This document shows positions 37,153 to 47,691 of a stretch of DNA of 64,000 bases, piece after piece (position 1 is the stretch's first letter; each line of letters opens with the position of its first letter). A model generated the notes under the pieces. It did not search any database, was not told where the DNA came from, and saw only the letters and a program-made list of their open reading frames with translations. The translations under genes and the position numbers were made by a program. Origin of the DNA: Candidatus Magasanikiibacteriota bacterium (GTDB taxonomy: Bacteria; Patescibacteriota; Patescibacteriia; Magasanikbacterales; UBA922). The stretch is taken from NCBI GenBank assembly GCA_003482855.1, contig DMXO01000004.1, forward strand, positions 141,464 to 205,463, in the 5' to 3' direction.

Positions 37153-40100
37153 ATGTTTGGATTACACAATAGGACAAAAAAAAGTATTCTTGTAGTACTT
37201 ACGGCTTTATTTGTATTGAGTAATCTTTTTGTTTTTTCATTGTTACGACCTATTCCTGTATATGCACAGATCACTATAGCAGGAAGTGTACCAGATGAAA
37301 AAAAGGAAATTGTGGATCAGATTCTTGATGCTCTTATGGCAGCAGCTCTTGGTGCTCTTGTGAATGGCGCATCATATTTCATGCGTAAATTTGCATATGA
37401 TAGTGCCAAATATATTGCATCAGGTGGCAAAGGACAGGGCGCTTTGGCTTTCAAAAAAGGGTTTGGCACTTATATGAAAGATGTTGCACTGGATAGTGCA
37501 GCAAGTGCCATAGATGAGTTTGGCAGTCCATTTGGTCTCAATTTGTGTAAACCGCCAGATATTCGATTGCAGGTAAATCTTCAGGTCAGTTTAAGTAGAA
37601 TTTATGACGCAGAATCAGGTTCAGCAGGCCCGCAACCACGTTGTTCATGGAAGAGTTTTACCGAGAATTGGAGCCAAGTAGACGAAATGTATGGAAGCCG
37701 GGATGCACTCTCTGAGCGTTTTTCTGCGTCTCTGAGTGTTACTGAGGGTGATTTTGGTACAGCGCTTGGGCTCATGGGCAAAGTAGATAGAATCAAGGCA
37801 CAAGCAGAAGCGGGAGCCACAGCTGAACGCAATGAAGGCGATGGTTTCAAGTCAGTACAAAATTATATATCTGGTGATATACAGACACCAGCCCAAGTTA
37901 TCAAAAAAGAAACAGATGCTGTAACAGGTGGCAAACAGATGGATTTGAGCGCCAATCAAATCGCCGGCATATATGGTGCTGGTGCATGGCAGATATTACC
38001 TATGGCAGCATCTGTTTTTGCCAATACGCTTGTTTCTACACTCTTGCAAAATGTCATGACCAACGGGCTTTTCCCTAGTTCAAAAGGAGGTGGCTCTGTA
38101 GTTGATTTTTATGCGGCAAATATCAATTACAACAGGCAAGCTGCTGAACGCGCGTTTTCGTATCTCATTGCAGGAGTGCCACAACATGATATTACCGCGT
38201 TTGATATTATTACTGAATTTAGTTCGTGCCCTGATACACCAAAGACATATAATTGTGTGATGGATCAGGGATTGGTACAGGCATTACAGCGTGAACGTGC
38301 CAATGAGACGCTCACTATTGGTGAGGCTCGTGTTATCGATGGGGGACTCATTCATGAAAATTGGCAGCTCATTCCACCAAGCCGCGACGTGGATAATTCT
38401 AATATTGATTGTTACAAAAATGCATATTGTTATTCAAATATACAAAAACTCAGAAAGGCGCGTATATTGCCACTCGGTTTTGAAATAGCAACCATGCGCT
38501 CAGACCCTGATAAGCCATGGACATTGGGTGCTGTACTCGATGGGTTTGGCGATCCCAATAGTCCATATTATCATCTCATTGACCCAAATTGGATTCTCAA
38601 AGCACCGCAGGCTCAATGTGAGATGACGGTGGATGGTCCTCAGCTTTTGTCAGAAAATACGCCAACAAGACAAGATGAATGTGCTGATTTTTCTACATGT
38701 CTTGCCGAAGGAGATGATGACAAGTGTATTGATTATGGATATTGTACTCAAGAGAAAAATGTATGGCATATACCGGGCGAAAGTTGTCCAGATTATTACA
38801 ACACGTGCAAGACATATACAAGCAATGACGGCGTTATTGCGTCATACTTGTCTCGCACTTTGGATTTTGGCACATGCAATGTCGAAGCAGTCGGGTGTCG
38901 TGCCTATAGTACAGAGATGACAGGGGATTTCTGGTTGCGCAGTAGTCAAGTTGATCTTGATCTCAAAGAGAGCGGTCGTGAACAGGTACTGTATTTCAAT
39001 AGTCAGATTGGAAGTTATACATGTCCGGTTGAAGAAGATGGCTGTAGTGAATTCACTCCCGCATCTTCTACCAAACCGCTTTATCTCCAAAAAGCGCCAG
39101 AATATTTAGGTTGTTATGATACTGACCCAGATACGCAAGATGTCATTGATTGGCCCCAGACCAAAGCAGATCTCGTGCTTCTTGCCAACACCCCACAAGC
39201 ATGCAACAAATACGCGAGTGTATGTATTCCTGAAGAAGTGGGATGTGAGGAATATAACCCAGTAAATGGCGGTACGACAATCAATGGAGTCGTAGGCAAT
39301 AATTTTTGTAGTTCACAATGTGTTGGATATGAAACATTCAAGCAAGAAGAGACGCCATTTGAACCAAACAAATTTCCATTATATTTTATTCCATCTCATG
39401 GTGATGTATGTGCTTCTCAATATGAAGGTTGTGATGAATTCACCAATATCAGCGGAGGAAACGCTGCAGAAAAGCTTGAGTATTACAGTGATCTCAAATA
39501 TTGCGAAAAGCCGGATGGCACCAATGACAAGACATATTATTCATGGGAAGGCTCGGAGAGCCAAGGTTATGTTTTGAAAAAACATGTATTATTGCAAGTT
39601 GATCAAAGTGAATTTACCAACTATTTGAGTGGGATTACCTTAGTATTGAGCGATGGCACATCACTCGGCGCTGGCAGTGTATTTACTGTTGGTTCGCCAG
39701 CATATTCAGTAGATACGCCAGAGCAGCTCGCGACTAAATACGAAAAATGTAATCAGGATGCATACAATCTCATGCTCGACGACCCATATGCGGATGGCGC
39801 TGCAATAGGTGGACCTGAAGGGTGTCATGCATTGTATGATAGCAGTGGTGAGATATATTATCGTTTTTTGATTGATACTATTTCAGTATCAAATGAGTGT
39901 GCTCCATTGCGCAAAACTAATTCCGATCTGTTTGTAGATTCTCATTTGAGTGGAGCAGGCAGACAGAGCCAGTGCGAAGCAAAAGGTGGTTCATGGGATA
40001 GTGCAAATAGCCAGTGTAACAGATGTTATAATGGCGGGTTTTACCAAAAAGATGATATCACAGGAGTTGGCGCTTGTGTGTATTGGTCCATACCAAGTGA

Positions 40101-43100
40101 AGCTGTATCTTGCCCGTCGAGTGCCAATCTGTGTCGTAGATATATAGGCAATACAGGTAGCAATGTATACAACATATATGATACAAGTTTTGAACCTGGA
40201 CAAAATGCGTCAACTACACTAGCCCTAGCAAAAGAAGGATGGACAGGCGTAGTATCTATTGAACCAGAGGCAACACATGTAGGTCAATATTCGCTCAAAG
40301 TAGGGGGCAATGGCAATACATCGTATGATTTTGCACCAGAAGTTTTGAGAAATAATGCATGGTATGAACTTAGTTTCTGGGCGCGTGGTAATCCACAAAC
40401 GCTTTCATTGCAAATTAATCAGGTAGGAGGTAGTCCTGCCATATTCACATATGATCCTCTCACCGGACAGAATGTATATGCGCCCATTACCACAGATTGG
40501 CAAGAATATACACTTGGTCCAATCCAGTTCACTGGTTCTTCTGGCGCGACTACTACATTAGAATTTATTCGACAAACAGGAAGTGGTGTATATTTCATAG
40601 ATCATGTCGTACTCAAACGTATTGGCGGGAATCCCGAGGACTATGTATTCCGTATCAAAGATTCATGGAAAACAGACGAAGGGTATGATGTGCCTGATGT
40701 GTGCGATTCTACACCGCTTGATGCATTTCCTGGCGAACAACTTGGGTGTCGTGCCTATACGACGCGCGCCACTCCGCCAGACAATATTGTCGCATTTACT
40801 GGATTTGAACGTCTATGTCGCGCTCAGGCAGTCGGATGTACACCGGTCGTGGATACTCAAAATATAGAGCGTGATGATACAGATGTGCACACAGCTTATA
40901 ACCTTTTATGTAAAGACGGATTGGCAACTGCTGCCATGGGTAATGCAAAAGATAAATGTTCAGTTTCTGTGGACAGCAAAAGTTATGAATGCGCGTATGA
41001 AAAAGGGGAAAGCAGTTGTTTTATTACTGGTCCTATACATATACCAGATGCGGAGATGACCAATCTCAATGTAGTTGATCTGGTCGATCGTTTGCATGTG
41101 GTCACATCTACTATCATGGTACCTCCAAACTCAGATACCCTGTATCTCGCGCATCGCACTGAGTTTGTATGCAGTAGCGAACATGTCGGATGTCAGAAGA
41201 TGGGACTTGAAGAACGGCTATTGCCAGATGAGAGTAGTGGTGCATATGCATATAGCCAAAAAGCATATATCAATAGTGCAGATCATTATGATGCGACATT
41301 GTGTACCCAAGAGCAGGTGGGGTGTAAAGAATACAAAAATAATGACGTGATTAGCTTTTTCAAAGATCCAAAGCTTGCTGGTGCAGGATTGTGCGTGTAC
41401 AAGCAAAATGTATCTGTAGGTGGTGTCACGCGTAATGGTTGGTTCATGGATGGCGTGGGCATGTGCAGTACTGGCGATCTGTGCAAGAATGATGAAGATT
41501 GTGGTGGACAGACGTGCAATGATATTGGACTGCAACCATGTTATAACGATTATATATTGCCGGGCAGCACCTATGGTCTATGGTCCAATGCAACTCCTAA
41601 TTATGAAGGATATGTAGGTACCTGCAGTAGTGAATACAATGGTTGTACTGAGCTTCTCGACCCCGCAGACACATCAGGTGGTGTTCAGCCAGATGGCAAA
41701 CCATATTATGTAGTGTTTGATGATAGACTGTTTGCCAAGACGGGCGACTGTGACAGCAAAGTAAGCCAAAAAGAAGGATGCGTACTTTTTGATCGTACTG
41801 AAAATCCAAATAAATATTTTAATTCTGCAGCTACGTATGCTGATAGTATTGCACAAGCGTATGCGCTCGTACCCACATTATCAACAGGTGATCTCGATAC
41901 CAATGAACTCATAAAAGTGGAGCGTGATCGTGAATGTAGTGAATGGCTCGCATGTCGTACTGCGACTCGCGTATTTGATACGCGTGGCAAGCCACAACAG
42001 CTTTGTCAGGAATACAGAGCATGCGATGAGATGGACGCGAGCGGCAACTGCACACACTGGGTTCGCACTGAGTACGACAACGAACGGCTCACCCACGAGA
42101 AGTATACATCTCGTACTGTAGGCTGGAGCAATCCAGATTATTCAGGTTATTCATTGTACAACAAATATAATATAAGCAATTTTGTTTATATTATATTCAG
42201 CAATGATATATTGAGAAAAGAAGGATCCGTTGATTTGGGTGTCGCGTATATTGCATACGAGATGGATCGCAAGATGTTTGTCTCTCCTGAAAATCTTGAA
42301 TCAGGTGAACAGAGACTTGAGGAGAAAGGTTGTTTTGAAGTTGTGAATAGCACGCCGGTAAAAGAAGAAGGGGCAGTATGTGGATTTGATAATGGTGGCA
42401 GGTGTTATCGCCAGAGATGCTTGTATCCTATAGATGGTGTGTTTGAGACCCAGCCAGCTGCATCTGCGCAAATACCAGACAAAGACGCGCGCGAGGCAGA
42501 AAACATCAAGCGCATACTTTCTGAACTAGAACATGGTATTTGCAAATCATATCCTGAACCAGACAGCCCATTTTCTGTGAATGCCACAGTTGCAGATGTA
42601 GATTCTGAGCGTGATGTCAAAAGTGATGACCCCGTAACCAAAACTCGCTATGAGTATTCTATGCGCTATCCTCAGTTTGAGCGCGCAAATATTTGCCAGG
42701 GCGGAGAAAATAGTCCGGACTGTTCATGTGATTATATCAAAATAGAATACAAAAATGGCACTATAGACTACTGGTCTACAACACAACAGGGGCAGTTTGC
42801 TGATGGCATATGTATTACAGCAGGAGAATTGGATGGCCAGCCGTGCGTCGTGAGCGAGGAGTGCAAAGGTGAAGATCCTTTGAGCGCTGGCGAATGCAGC
42901 AAGATAGCGCGCCAAGGTACGTATTACGGTCTCAAAGGGCTATGTCTTGAGTATGACAAGAGCCGTCCGCTTACGCCATCCAAAAATGTATCAAGCGATG
43001 CAGACAGATACCCCTGTCTTACTTGGTTGCCGATACAGACATCTGCCTCTGCAGGAGATCTCTACAACGCAGATGTGAAAGCAGGCTACTGGCCTGATGA

Positions 43101-46100
43101 AAATCTTGATGCCACAACGGGCGGCTTGTCCTATTGTCTCGAGAGTACAAGCTATGGAAGAGGATATTATGACACAGATTATACGACATTTACCGGCCCG
43201 CCCCTCACCGCTGTTTCAGGTATACATAATCTATCATTATTTAGTGCTACCAATTATGAGTTGGGTGGAGAATGTACTGCAGAAAATATAGCGTCATGCC
43301 CTACTGATAGCAATTGCATTGAGTCGTGTATAAATGAGTATTGTGATAATGAAGATTGTTCAAGCGGTATCGTGAATAGTGTTTCAACCGAATTGAGTGC
43401 ATTTAAAACAGAATTTGGCGCATGCGCAAATCAAGAGTGCGAAGCAAATGAGTTGGCAGAGTATGCAGTTCAAATTAGAGGTATATTTGATAGTAATGTT
43501 ACAGTTACCAGCTCAGAAGAGATTGCTACCTGTACACAGGGTTGTGCCCCAGTCCCTTCGTGTGTCAGTGGTTTTTGTGGTGAGACAGTTTCAGAATCAA
43601 AAACATATAGTAACATCTTTAATATAAATGATGATCTTTATAGTACTCCGGATGTGGATGTTCCATTTACCAATGAGTGGTGTAATAACGTTGATCCAAT
43701 TTCAGGAGATTGTATGGACGGGGGTGGTTGGAAACATTCCTATAATGTTCATATAAGCAGTTGTTATTCTGTAAGTAGCTTTAGTGTTGCTGAAAATTTT
43801 TTCTCCTTTGGTGTCGCTGGCCAAGGAGAAACTAAGTATTCAAGTTATACTCGGCTTATGAAGACTGACGACCCCGGCGATGTATTGTACAAGACAATGC
43901 AGTCATGGGCATGGAAAAATTTGGGTACCAATACGCGCATACTTCGTATTGATGAAAAAGGTGGTTGTTTCCCTAAGTACTTCGAGGAGTATGACGATAC
44001 AGACAGCCTACCTGAACCAGCCAAGAATGAGGATAATGTGTATGCTGTACATTCATTTGCTCCGGGCATAGACAACGGAGGCCCAGGCGATACAGGCACG
44101 CTCATGCATCCGCCACGTCGTTGGACTTCAGAATATGGGAACTATGCAGATGGTACAAGCTATAATTATTTCATGAATCCGTATATAGATACTCAGACTG
44201 ACTTTAAAATTGCAGAGACGAGCTCACTCTCACCAGATATCGATCCAAGCGCAAACCCATATATATATGTAGATACTGATGTTGAGCGTAAGCTCAATGA
44301 ATATGATATTGATAAAATATATTTCATACCGCTCTCATATCCAGATGGCGCAGAGGGACCAAACCCATCAATACTTACACCAAACTTTTCTATTAGTTTC
44401 AATGCTTTGCGCGCCAAGACACAACCCAAAGACAGATTTATTTTGGGTGATTTGGAAGAGGTTGGTGAAAATAATTTTATAGATTTTACTGAATCAATAC
44501 CTGAAGCGGGAGGGATGACCAATTACCAATACATGCTTGAACAAAAACCTGGCGCTACCAATGAATTACTTTCGTATGAGACATATAATGGCAGTATCGA
44601 CGACCCAACCTCTCGCGATGAGGTCAAGCGCCGCTATGTGGCTCTTGCATACAACAATCAAGGAGTCGAAGATAATAGAACAGAACACCCTTTCATTTTC
44701 CGTCAAGAAAATACACTTACCACATTTCCTGATGCTACGCACGATCCTTTCACTACTGCGTGTACGCATCATGACAACAATAACTGGATAGCCATAGGTC
44801 TTGACTTCAATGAAGATGGTGAATTCCTGGGATATATATCGCGTTGGTGCAATGGTGAAAATAATGATGATGGTGAACGAAATGGCATTAGATTCGCTGT
44901 CATAGCAGAGCTCAATGACAGGTGTACTGAGCTTGCCTCAGTCGTAGACAACACCGTATTGTCGAGTCTTATTACTGAGGATTACAACAAAGCATGGACC
45001 AATAGAGTATGGGCAAATGCATCGCAAAATTTCCCAGGATCCGGTTTTGGTGAGCTCAAACGCACAGAAGAGACAGATGTGGTTGGTCTCACTCCGTTTG
45101 GTTCGCTCGAAGGAGACAAAGTAAATAAGTCAAAGATTATAGGCTTTAATTCTTTACCAGTTTTGCAAAAAATATATCTTACGTATTATCTTCTTCCTGA
45201 TACCAAGCTCGGTGTGCCATACGCATGCACAGGCGGGTCTGTGTTTGATGGTTCGGGCGAACCTATATTTTCTGCATCAGGCTTTGGGTGCATAGGCATG
45301 GGAGACACTATCAATACCAATACGACGCTGACAAGCCAGGTATCTTCGCACACGTCTGGCAATGCGAATACGTTTCTTCGTAGCTTGTTCAAGAAATATT
45401 ATGCAGTATTTGATAGCGTCGCAAAGACAGATTCAGGCGCAGTAGACGATAGTAATAATATTGGAGACACCAAGCCTCCACAGGTGTTTGCACTCAATCC
45501 ATATACGTGTACGACTGCAGGCAAAGATTGTGTCGCGACGTTTGAGAATGCTTTCACAGTAAATAATAGAAACTATGTGGCAGGCGAGGCAGCGGATTAT
45601 GATGATAATGATGTGCTTGATGATGAAGATAAAAATTATAATGAGAGTCCGGATCCTATCATGGCAGACGGCAACATGCTTGCGACGGTGCAATTTTTTG
45701 GCTATGCAGACGACAACCGCATGCCGATACGTAGAGTCATGGTAGACTGGGGAGACGGCGAGCCTATTACCAATAATGAAGTGTACGGCATGTACAAAAA
45801 TAGAAAGCCGTATTGTAGTGCGGATGAAGTAATGGGTAGATGTTCTAGCGGTTCTGATTGGTCGCCGAGCAGTGATCCCTATCAGATTACTTGCAAGGAA
45901 GATGCTGATTGCGCATTTTTACTGCGTAGTACCAAGTGTGGCCAGATAAAGGATAATACTCTATATTTTGGCGACGCATCACGCGCATGCAAAGATACGT
46001 ACTTCGAGTTTAGTCATGAATATTTCTGTGATCTGGCTGATCTTACTGATCCACGAGGCGATGGCAGGCAGATCGTGTCTCTAGCTGAAATAAAAAACAA

Positions 46101-46428
46101 CAAAGATGGCAATGATAACGACCTGTTCGAAGATCTAGACTATGCACAGGAAGTATATGAACGTTTGTCTGAACGTGATCTCGCGCATATAGAAGAGGAT
46201 GACCAGAAACCGGCAGTGTGTATATTCAAGCCTCGTGTTCAGATACTCGACAACTGGAGATGGTGTAATGGGACGTGTAGTGGAGTGAGTGGGTGTTATT
46301 CAGATGGTTCTATAGATAAATGTGATCCAAATTTTGATGATAAAGGTAATACTTTTTATCCCTGGACAGAATATAAGGGTGCTATTGTGGTAATTCCTTC
46401 AGCGGGTACAGAAGAAGAGACTGATTAG
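37153..46428 (+). CDS. Giant (3091 aa) cysteine-rich exported/surface protein
   Basis: Uninterrupted ORF; N-terminal signal/TM; recurring C-x5-GC-x2-[YF] units; CBM4/9-like segment (YELSFWARG...WQEY...YFIDHV); C-terminal VDWGDG PKD-like motif. Confidence 0.9.
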   Translation: MFGLHNRTKKSILVVLTALFVLSNLFVFSLLRPIPVYAQITIAGSVPDEKKEIVDQILDALMAAALGALVNGASYFMRKFAYDSAKYIASGGKGQGALAFKKGFGTYMKDVALDSAASAIDEFGSPFGLNLCKPPDIRLQVNLQVSLSRIYDAESGSAGPQPRCSWKSFTENWSQVDEMYGSRDALSERFSASLSVTEGDFGTALGLMGKVDRIKAQAEAGATAERNEGDGFKSVQNYISGDIQTPAQVIKKETDAVTGGKQMDLSANQIAGIYGAGAWQILPMAASVFANTLVSTLLQNVMTNGLFPSSKGGGSVVDFYAANINYNRQAAERAFSYLIAGVPQHDITAFDIITEFSSCPDTPKTYNCVMDQGLVQALQRERANETLTIGEARVIDGGLIHENWQLIPPSRDVDNSNIDCYKNAYCYSNIQKLRKARILPLGFEIATMRSDPDKPWTLGAVLDGFGDPNSPYYHLIDPNWILKAPQAQCEMTVDGPQLLSENTPTRQDECADFSTCLAEGDDDKCIDYGYCTQEKNVWHIPGESCPDYYNTCKTYTSNDGVIASYLSRTLDFGTCNVEAVGCRAYSTEMTGDFWLRSSQVDLDLKESGREQVLYFNSQIGSYTCPVEEDGCSEFTPASSTKPLYLQKAPEYLGCYDTDPDTQDVIDWPQTKADLVLLANTPQACNKYASVCIPEEVGCEEYNPVNGGTTINGVVGNNFCSSQCVGYETFKQEETPFEPNKFPLYFIPSHGDVCASQYEGCDEFTNISGGNAAEKLEYYSDLKYCEKPDGTNDKTYYSWEGSESQGYVLKKHVLLQVDQSEFTNYLSGITLVLSDGTSLGAGSVFTVGSPAYSVDTPEQLATKYEKCNQDAYNLMLDDPYADGAAIGGPEGCHALYDSSGEIYYRFLIDTISVSNECAPLRKTNSDLFVDSHLSGAGRQSQCEAKGGSWDSANSQCNRCYNGGFYQKDDITGVGACVYWSIPSEAVSCPSSANLCRRYIGNTGSNVYNIYDTSFEPGQNASTTLALAKEGWTGVVSIEPEATHVGQYSLKVGGNGNTSYDFAPEVLRNNAWYELSFWARGNPQTLSLQINQVGGSPAIFTYDPLTGQNVYAPITTDWQEYTLGPIQFTGSSGATTTLEFIRQTGSGVYFIDHVVLKRIGGNPEDYVFRIKDSWKTDEGYDVPDVCDSTPLDAFPGEQLGCRAYTTRATPPDNIVAFTGFERLCRAQAVGCTPVVDTQNIERDDTDVHTAYNLLCKDGLATAAMGNAKDKCSVSVDSKSYECAYEKGESSCFITGPIHIPDAEMTNLNVVDLVDRLHVVTSTIMVPPNSDTLYLAHRTEFVCSSEHVGCQKMGLEERLLPDESSGAYAYSQKAYINSADHYDATLCTQEQVGCKEYKNNDVISFFKDPKLAGAGLCVYKQNVSVGGVTRNGWFMDGVGMCSTGDLCKNDEDCGGQTCNDIGLQPCYNDYILPGSTYGLWSNATPNYEGYVGTCSSEYNGCTELLDPADTSGGVQPDGKPYYVVFDDRLFAKTGDCDSKVSQKEGCVLFDRTENPNKYFNSAATYADSIAQAYALVPTLSTGDLDTNELIKVERDRECSEWLACRTATRVFDTRGKPQQLCQEYRACDEMDASGNCTHWVRTEYDNERLTHEKYTSRTVGWSNPDYSGYSLYNKYNISNFVYIIFSNDILRKEGSVDLGVAYIAYEMDRKMFVSPENLESGEQRLEEKGCFEVVNSTPVKEEGAVCGFDNGGRCYRQRCLYPIDGVFETQPAASAQIPDKDAREAENIKRILSELEHGICKSYPEPDSPFSVNATVADVDSERDVKSDDPVTKTRYEYSMRYPQFERANICQGGENSPDCSCDYIKIEYKNGTIDYWSTTQQGQFADGICITAGELDGQPCVVSEECKGEDPLSAGECSKIARQGTYYGLKGLCLEYDKSRPLTPSKNVSSDADRYPCLTWLPIQTSASAGDLYNADVKAGYWPDENLDATTGGLSYCLESTSYGRGYYDTDYTTFTGPPLTAVSGIHNLSLFSATNYELGGECTAENIASCPTDSNCIESCINEYCDNEDCSSGIVNSVSTELSAFKTEFGACANQECEANELAEYAVQIRGIFDSNVTVTSSEEIATCTQGCAPVPSCVSGFCGETVSESKTYSNIFNINDDLYSTPDVDVPFTNEWCNNVDPISGDCMDGGGWKHSYNVHISSCYSVSSFSVAENFFSFGVAGQGETKYSSYTRLMKTDDPGDVLYKTMQSWAWKNLGTNTRILRIDEKGGCFPKYFEEYDDTDSLPEPAKNEDNVYAVHSFAPGIDNGGPGDTGTLMHPPRRWTSEYGNYADGTSYNYFMNPYIDTQTDFKIAETSSLSPDIDPSANPYIYVDTDVERKLNEYDIDKIYFIPLSYPDGAEGPNPSILTPNFSISFNALRAKTQPKDRFILGDLEEVGENNFIDFTESIPEAGGMTNYQYMLEQKPGATNELLSYETYNGSIDDPTSRDEVKRRYVALAYNNQGVEDNRTEHPFIFRQENTLTTFPDATHDPFTTACTHHDNNNWIAIGLDFNEDGEFLGYISRWCNGENNDDGERNGIRFAVIAELNDRCTELASVVDNTVLSSLITEDYNKAWTNRVWANASQNFPGSGFGELKRTEETDVVGLTPFGSLEGDKVNKSKIIGFNSLPVLQKIYLTYYLLPDTKLGVPYACTGGSVFDGSGEPIFSASGFGCIGMGDTINTNTTLTSQVSSHTSGNANTFLRSLFKKYYAVFDSVAKTDSGAVDDSNNIGDTKPPQVFALNPYTCTTAGKDCVATFENAFTVNNRNYVAGEAADYDDNDVLDDEDKNYNESPDPIMADGNMLATVQFFGYADDNRMPIRRVMVDWGDGEPITNNEVYGMYKNRKPYCSADEVMGRCSSGSDWSPSSDPYQITCKEDADCAFLLRSTKCGQIKDNTLYFGDASRACKDTYFEFSHEYFCDLADLTDPRGDGRQIVSLAEIKNNKDGNDNDLFEDLDYAQEVYERLSERDLAHIEEDDQKPAVCIFKPRVQILDNWRWCNGTCSGVSGCYSDGSIDKCDPNFDDKGNTFYPWTEYKGAIVVIPSAGTEEETD

Positions 46429-46520
46429 TAAAATAAAAAATCCTAAACTCTAAATCCTAAACCCTCCATGTTCGGGTCTAGGACAAATTCAAATTACGTA
46501 ATTCCAAATGCTTAAAACAC

Positions 46521-46557
46521 AATATAAAAAACTACCTATATGGTAGTTTTTTATATT
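46521..46557. terminator. Bidirectional terminator between the giant gene and GC-rich island 2
   Basis: AATATAAAAAACTACC-TATAT-GGTAGTTTTTTATATT. Confidence 0.75.
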
Positions 46558-46657
46558 CCTGTACACATAAGTATTTGTGTACACAGGGATTCTGCTCGCG
46601 GGCGCGCATGACTATGAGCTTCATCCCCCTCGATTGCCCCCGAGGATAGGGTGCCCG

Positions 46658-47176
46658 TCACTCGACGCGGACGAAGTGGATGGGCTCGGACGTGCTGTCG
46701 CCGAAGTCGACGTACTGGATCATCCGTCCTTCGGTGTCGAGGTCGACGACCCCGGTGACCCCGTCCTCCTCGATTCTCTCGAGCGGCACGGTCTCGCCGA
46801 TGAACACCCCGCGGAGGAGGGAGGGCTGCCCAGTGATCTCCACCTGGCACGTGCCCACCTCGAGAGGTGTCATGTTGACGACCACCTTGGCGTCCGACGC
46901 GGAATCTTCCCGCTTCCAGGTGGCGAAGAGGCTCGCCACGTGTTCGCAGGAGGTCCCGGTGAGGTCCTTGGGGTCGTCGATCGGCTCGACCGCGGTGTCC
47001 AGCGTGGACGGCGTCTCGGCGTCGGCCTCGACCGCGGTGTCCAGCGTGGACGGCGTCTCGGCGTCGGCCTCGGGCGTGATCTGCGGGGGAGCGTCCCCCG
47101 CGCCGGCGGCCTCACAGCCACTGAAGATGAACAGAGCCGCCGCCACGATGGCGGCGAGGAGCAGGTTGTACCGCAT
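46658..47176 (-). CDS. GC-rich orphan lipoprotein-like protein with internal 14-aa duplication
   Basis: AGGAGG SD upstream; MRYNLLLAAIVAAALFIFSG-C signal; G/C-ending codons; (EADAETPSTLDTAV)x2. Confidence 0.7.
   Translation of the reverse strand: MRYNLLLAAIVAAALFIFSGCEAAGAGDAPPQITPEADAETPSTLDTAVEADAETPSTLDTAVEPIDDPKDLTGTSCEHVASLFATWKREDSASDAKVVVNMTPLEVGTCQVEITGQPSLLRGVFIGETVPLERIEEDGVTGVVDLDTEGRMIQYVDFGDSTSEPIHFVRVE
46986..47072. repeat. 42-bp tandem duplication in the GC-rich gene
   Basis: TCGACCGCGGTGTCCAGCGTGGACGGCGTCTCGGCGTCGGCC repeated twice. Confidence 0.9.
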
Positions 47177-47691
47177 GGGTACCTCCTATGCCGCGCCCCG
47201 AGCCATCGGGGCGGTCGAAACGGTTGAAGCACTTGCGCGCGCCAGTCAGTAGAGTAGTTGTATAGTCTACTTGCTAGCGCGCGCAAAGTTTGTATATTTG
47301 CGCACCCGCGAGAGTTTATGCCACGTAAAATCACTTTGTGATCACGTGGCGAGCGAGTCTCTTATTCTAGCTATCAATAACAGACTCACGAAACCATCGC
47401 GTTTCCCGACTCAGTCGGGATACGTGATTGGAAAGAGCATCCACACGCCACTGGCGTATAGAATAGACAAAAAGCTTGAAGCTAATTATCCACTCTAATT
47501 AGACCACATTTTGGTCAAAAAGTCAAGGTCAAGACCGTAAACGTGGATAGGGTGTGGATATCTCTTTTTGGCTGTTCGAGCTATTCGGGTTATCTAGGCC
47601 ATCTGAGTTTTGTGAAATCAACAAAAGAAAAAATGGTAAATTTTATCTAAAATATGCTGTTTTCCAATCTAAACATGGTATAATAATCTAT

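Noticed and set aside
37602-45693. Many short alternative-frame ORFs within the giant gene
   Set aside because: They are shadows of a long coding region with no independent signals.
46986-47072. 42-bp repeat as CRISPR or att site
   Set aside because: It consists of two abutting in-frame copies with no spacer, i.e. a coding duplication.
46577-47334. Overlapping ORFs 46577-47227 (+), 46680-47252 (+), 46870-47334 (-) and 46551-46850 (-)
   Set aside because: These are shadow ORFs from stop-codon scarcity in GC-rich DNA. Only 46658-47176 (-) has an SD, a signal peptide and a sensible composition.
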